Positions 63,047 to 64,000 of a stretch of 64,000 nt of DNA are shown piece after piece. The stretch covers positions 160,001 through 224,000 of the forward strand of contig CAVYTU010000012.1 in the NCBI GenBank assembly GCA_963771465.1. Reading direction: 5' to 3'. The translations under genes and the position numbers were made by a program. The DNA comes from an uncultured delta proteobacterium. GTDB lineage: Bacteria > Desulfobacterota > Binatia > UBA9968. Under the pieces are notes generated by a model. It was given only the letters and a program-made list of their open reading frames with translations. It was not told the origin of the DNA and did no database searches. The first letter of the stretch is position 1; every line of letters begins with the position of its first letter.

Positions 63047-63835
63047 TCAACTCGCCGCCAGTTGCACAAAGCGCTTTTTCATTTGGTCCATTTGAGTGAG
63101 GTAGCGCGGCAGGCTATGAGTGCCGCAAAGCTCGCCCGGCGCTACGCGAAAGCCGCGGGCGGTGAAGGTTTCTCCTCGTCTCACTCCGCACAGATGAATA
63201 ACTGCAGCCAGTTGTTGTTTTTGCACCCGGCTGGCCTTTGCGGGGCGACGAGCCGCCAGAATATCGACCACGCTCTGGTGCAGATAGGCGGAGGTCATTT
63301 CAACCGCATGGCTCGGCAGCGTTCGAGTGTAGAAGGCATTGAACCAGCAGGAACGCGGATCGTCCCACGGGCCTTCGGTCACAACGGTATGATCGCGGAT
63401 GCAATATTTGCGCATCGCCGCGAAAGTTCCGTCGGTGAGTTGAAACATGCCGAGCGCGCTCGAGGCCGGGCGATAGATTTCAAACAGGTTCCACGACCAT
63501 TGCCAGCGCCAGTAGGTGCGCGCAACGGGATTCCCGTCGCTCTCGAGTTGGGCCAGCGCGGCGAGTAATTCAGGCGGAATAATATTTGTCGAGTACTCCT
63601 GGAAAAGCGCACCGTAACTTTGCCAGGTAGCCGCGGGACTTTTTGATAGGGAGCCGCTAATCGGGGCGAACAGTTCACCAGGCTTCCGGATCACCTGATA
63701 GATCAAGTTAAGCGCAAAAAAACCGGCGATCCCAAGAACGCACCACCGGACGAATGCTCCTTTCCACTGGAGCTTGGTAGAACGTCTCGACTTTCGCCTG
63801 CGATATCGGACGCCGCTATAGACGGTAGCTGTCAC
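63047..63835 (-). CDS. Lysozyme-like/SLT-domain membrane-anchored protein
   Basis: N-terminal TM helix, LAQLESDGNP, ALGMFQLTDGT. Confidence 0.6.
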   Translation of the reverse strand: MTATVYSGVRYRRRKSRRSTKLQWKGAFVRWCVLGIAGFFALNLIYQVIRKPGELFAPISGSLSKSPAATWQSYGALFQEYSTNIIPPELLAALAQLESDGNPVARTYWRWQWSWNLFEIYRPASSALGMFQLTDGTFAAMRKYCIRDHTVVTEGPWDDPRSCWFNAFYTRTLPSHAVEMTSAYLHQSVVDILAARRPAKASRVQKQQLAAVIHLCGVRRGETFTARGFRVAPGELCGTHSLPRYLTQMDQMKKRFVQLAAS

Positions 63836-64000
63836 GTAGTAAGATTAGCCCCTCGGACAATTTGCAGCAAGACTGCGTTGGACTCATTGAATGTTAATTT
63901 GTCGCCAGGCCCGACCCCACCCCCGCGAGACTTGTCCTCGACTATGACTCTGACTAGAGTGAGCTAGGAGTCGCGAGGATTCGACTTCGACAATTCCGTC

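Overview
A 64-kb, GC-rich bacterial chromosomal segment. The many NitT/TauT- and Fe(III)-type solute-binding proteins, aromatic oxygenases and short-period palindromic intergenic repeats suggest an uncultured deltaproteobacteria-like lineage such as Ca. Binatia (inference only). Left to right: (i) a frameshift-rich 0-6 kb stretch (DUF1345, DUF2127, corA, macro-domain gene, two tandem ABC substrate-binding paralogues); (ii) grdC followed by a selenoprotein grdA that the ORF track misses, with an in-frame UGA in C-F-V-U and a long hairpin just downstream; (iii) sthA, an ornithine-cyclodeaminase-family gene, a polar amino-acid ABC operon, sixA, gltA and mltD; (iv) a ~16-kb putative aromatic/heterocycle catabolic region (bicupin, NicX/M29-like protein, UbiD decarboxylase, Rieske oxygenase, LigB and LigA separated by a GDT1/TMEM165 gene, LVIVD protein, several SBPs, an Fe(III)-type ABC transporter); (v) an AT-richer stand-alone NRPS-like A-PCP gene; (vi) acyl-CoA ligase, lemA-TPM-TPM, marR-permease; (vii) a core block rplU-rpmA-obgE-proB-proA-nadD-rsfS-gpmI-comF, then a DTW gene and sahR-like-metH; (viii) cupin, DedA, cls-like and SLT genes. 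Two diverged copies of an unannotated ~240-250 nt structured element with CTAG-type ends and a compensatory base change lie at 14552-14803 and 28236-28474. I recognised no rRNA, tRNA, CRISPR array or transposase. All calls are by eye from motifs; no database searches were run.
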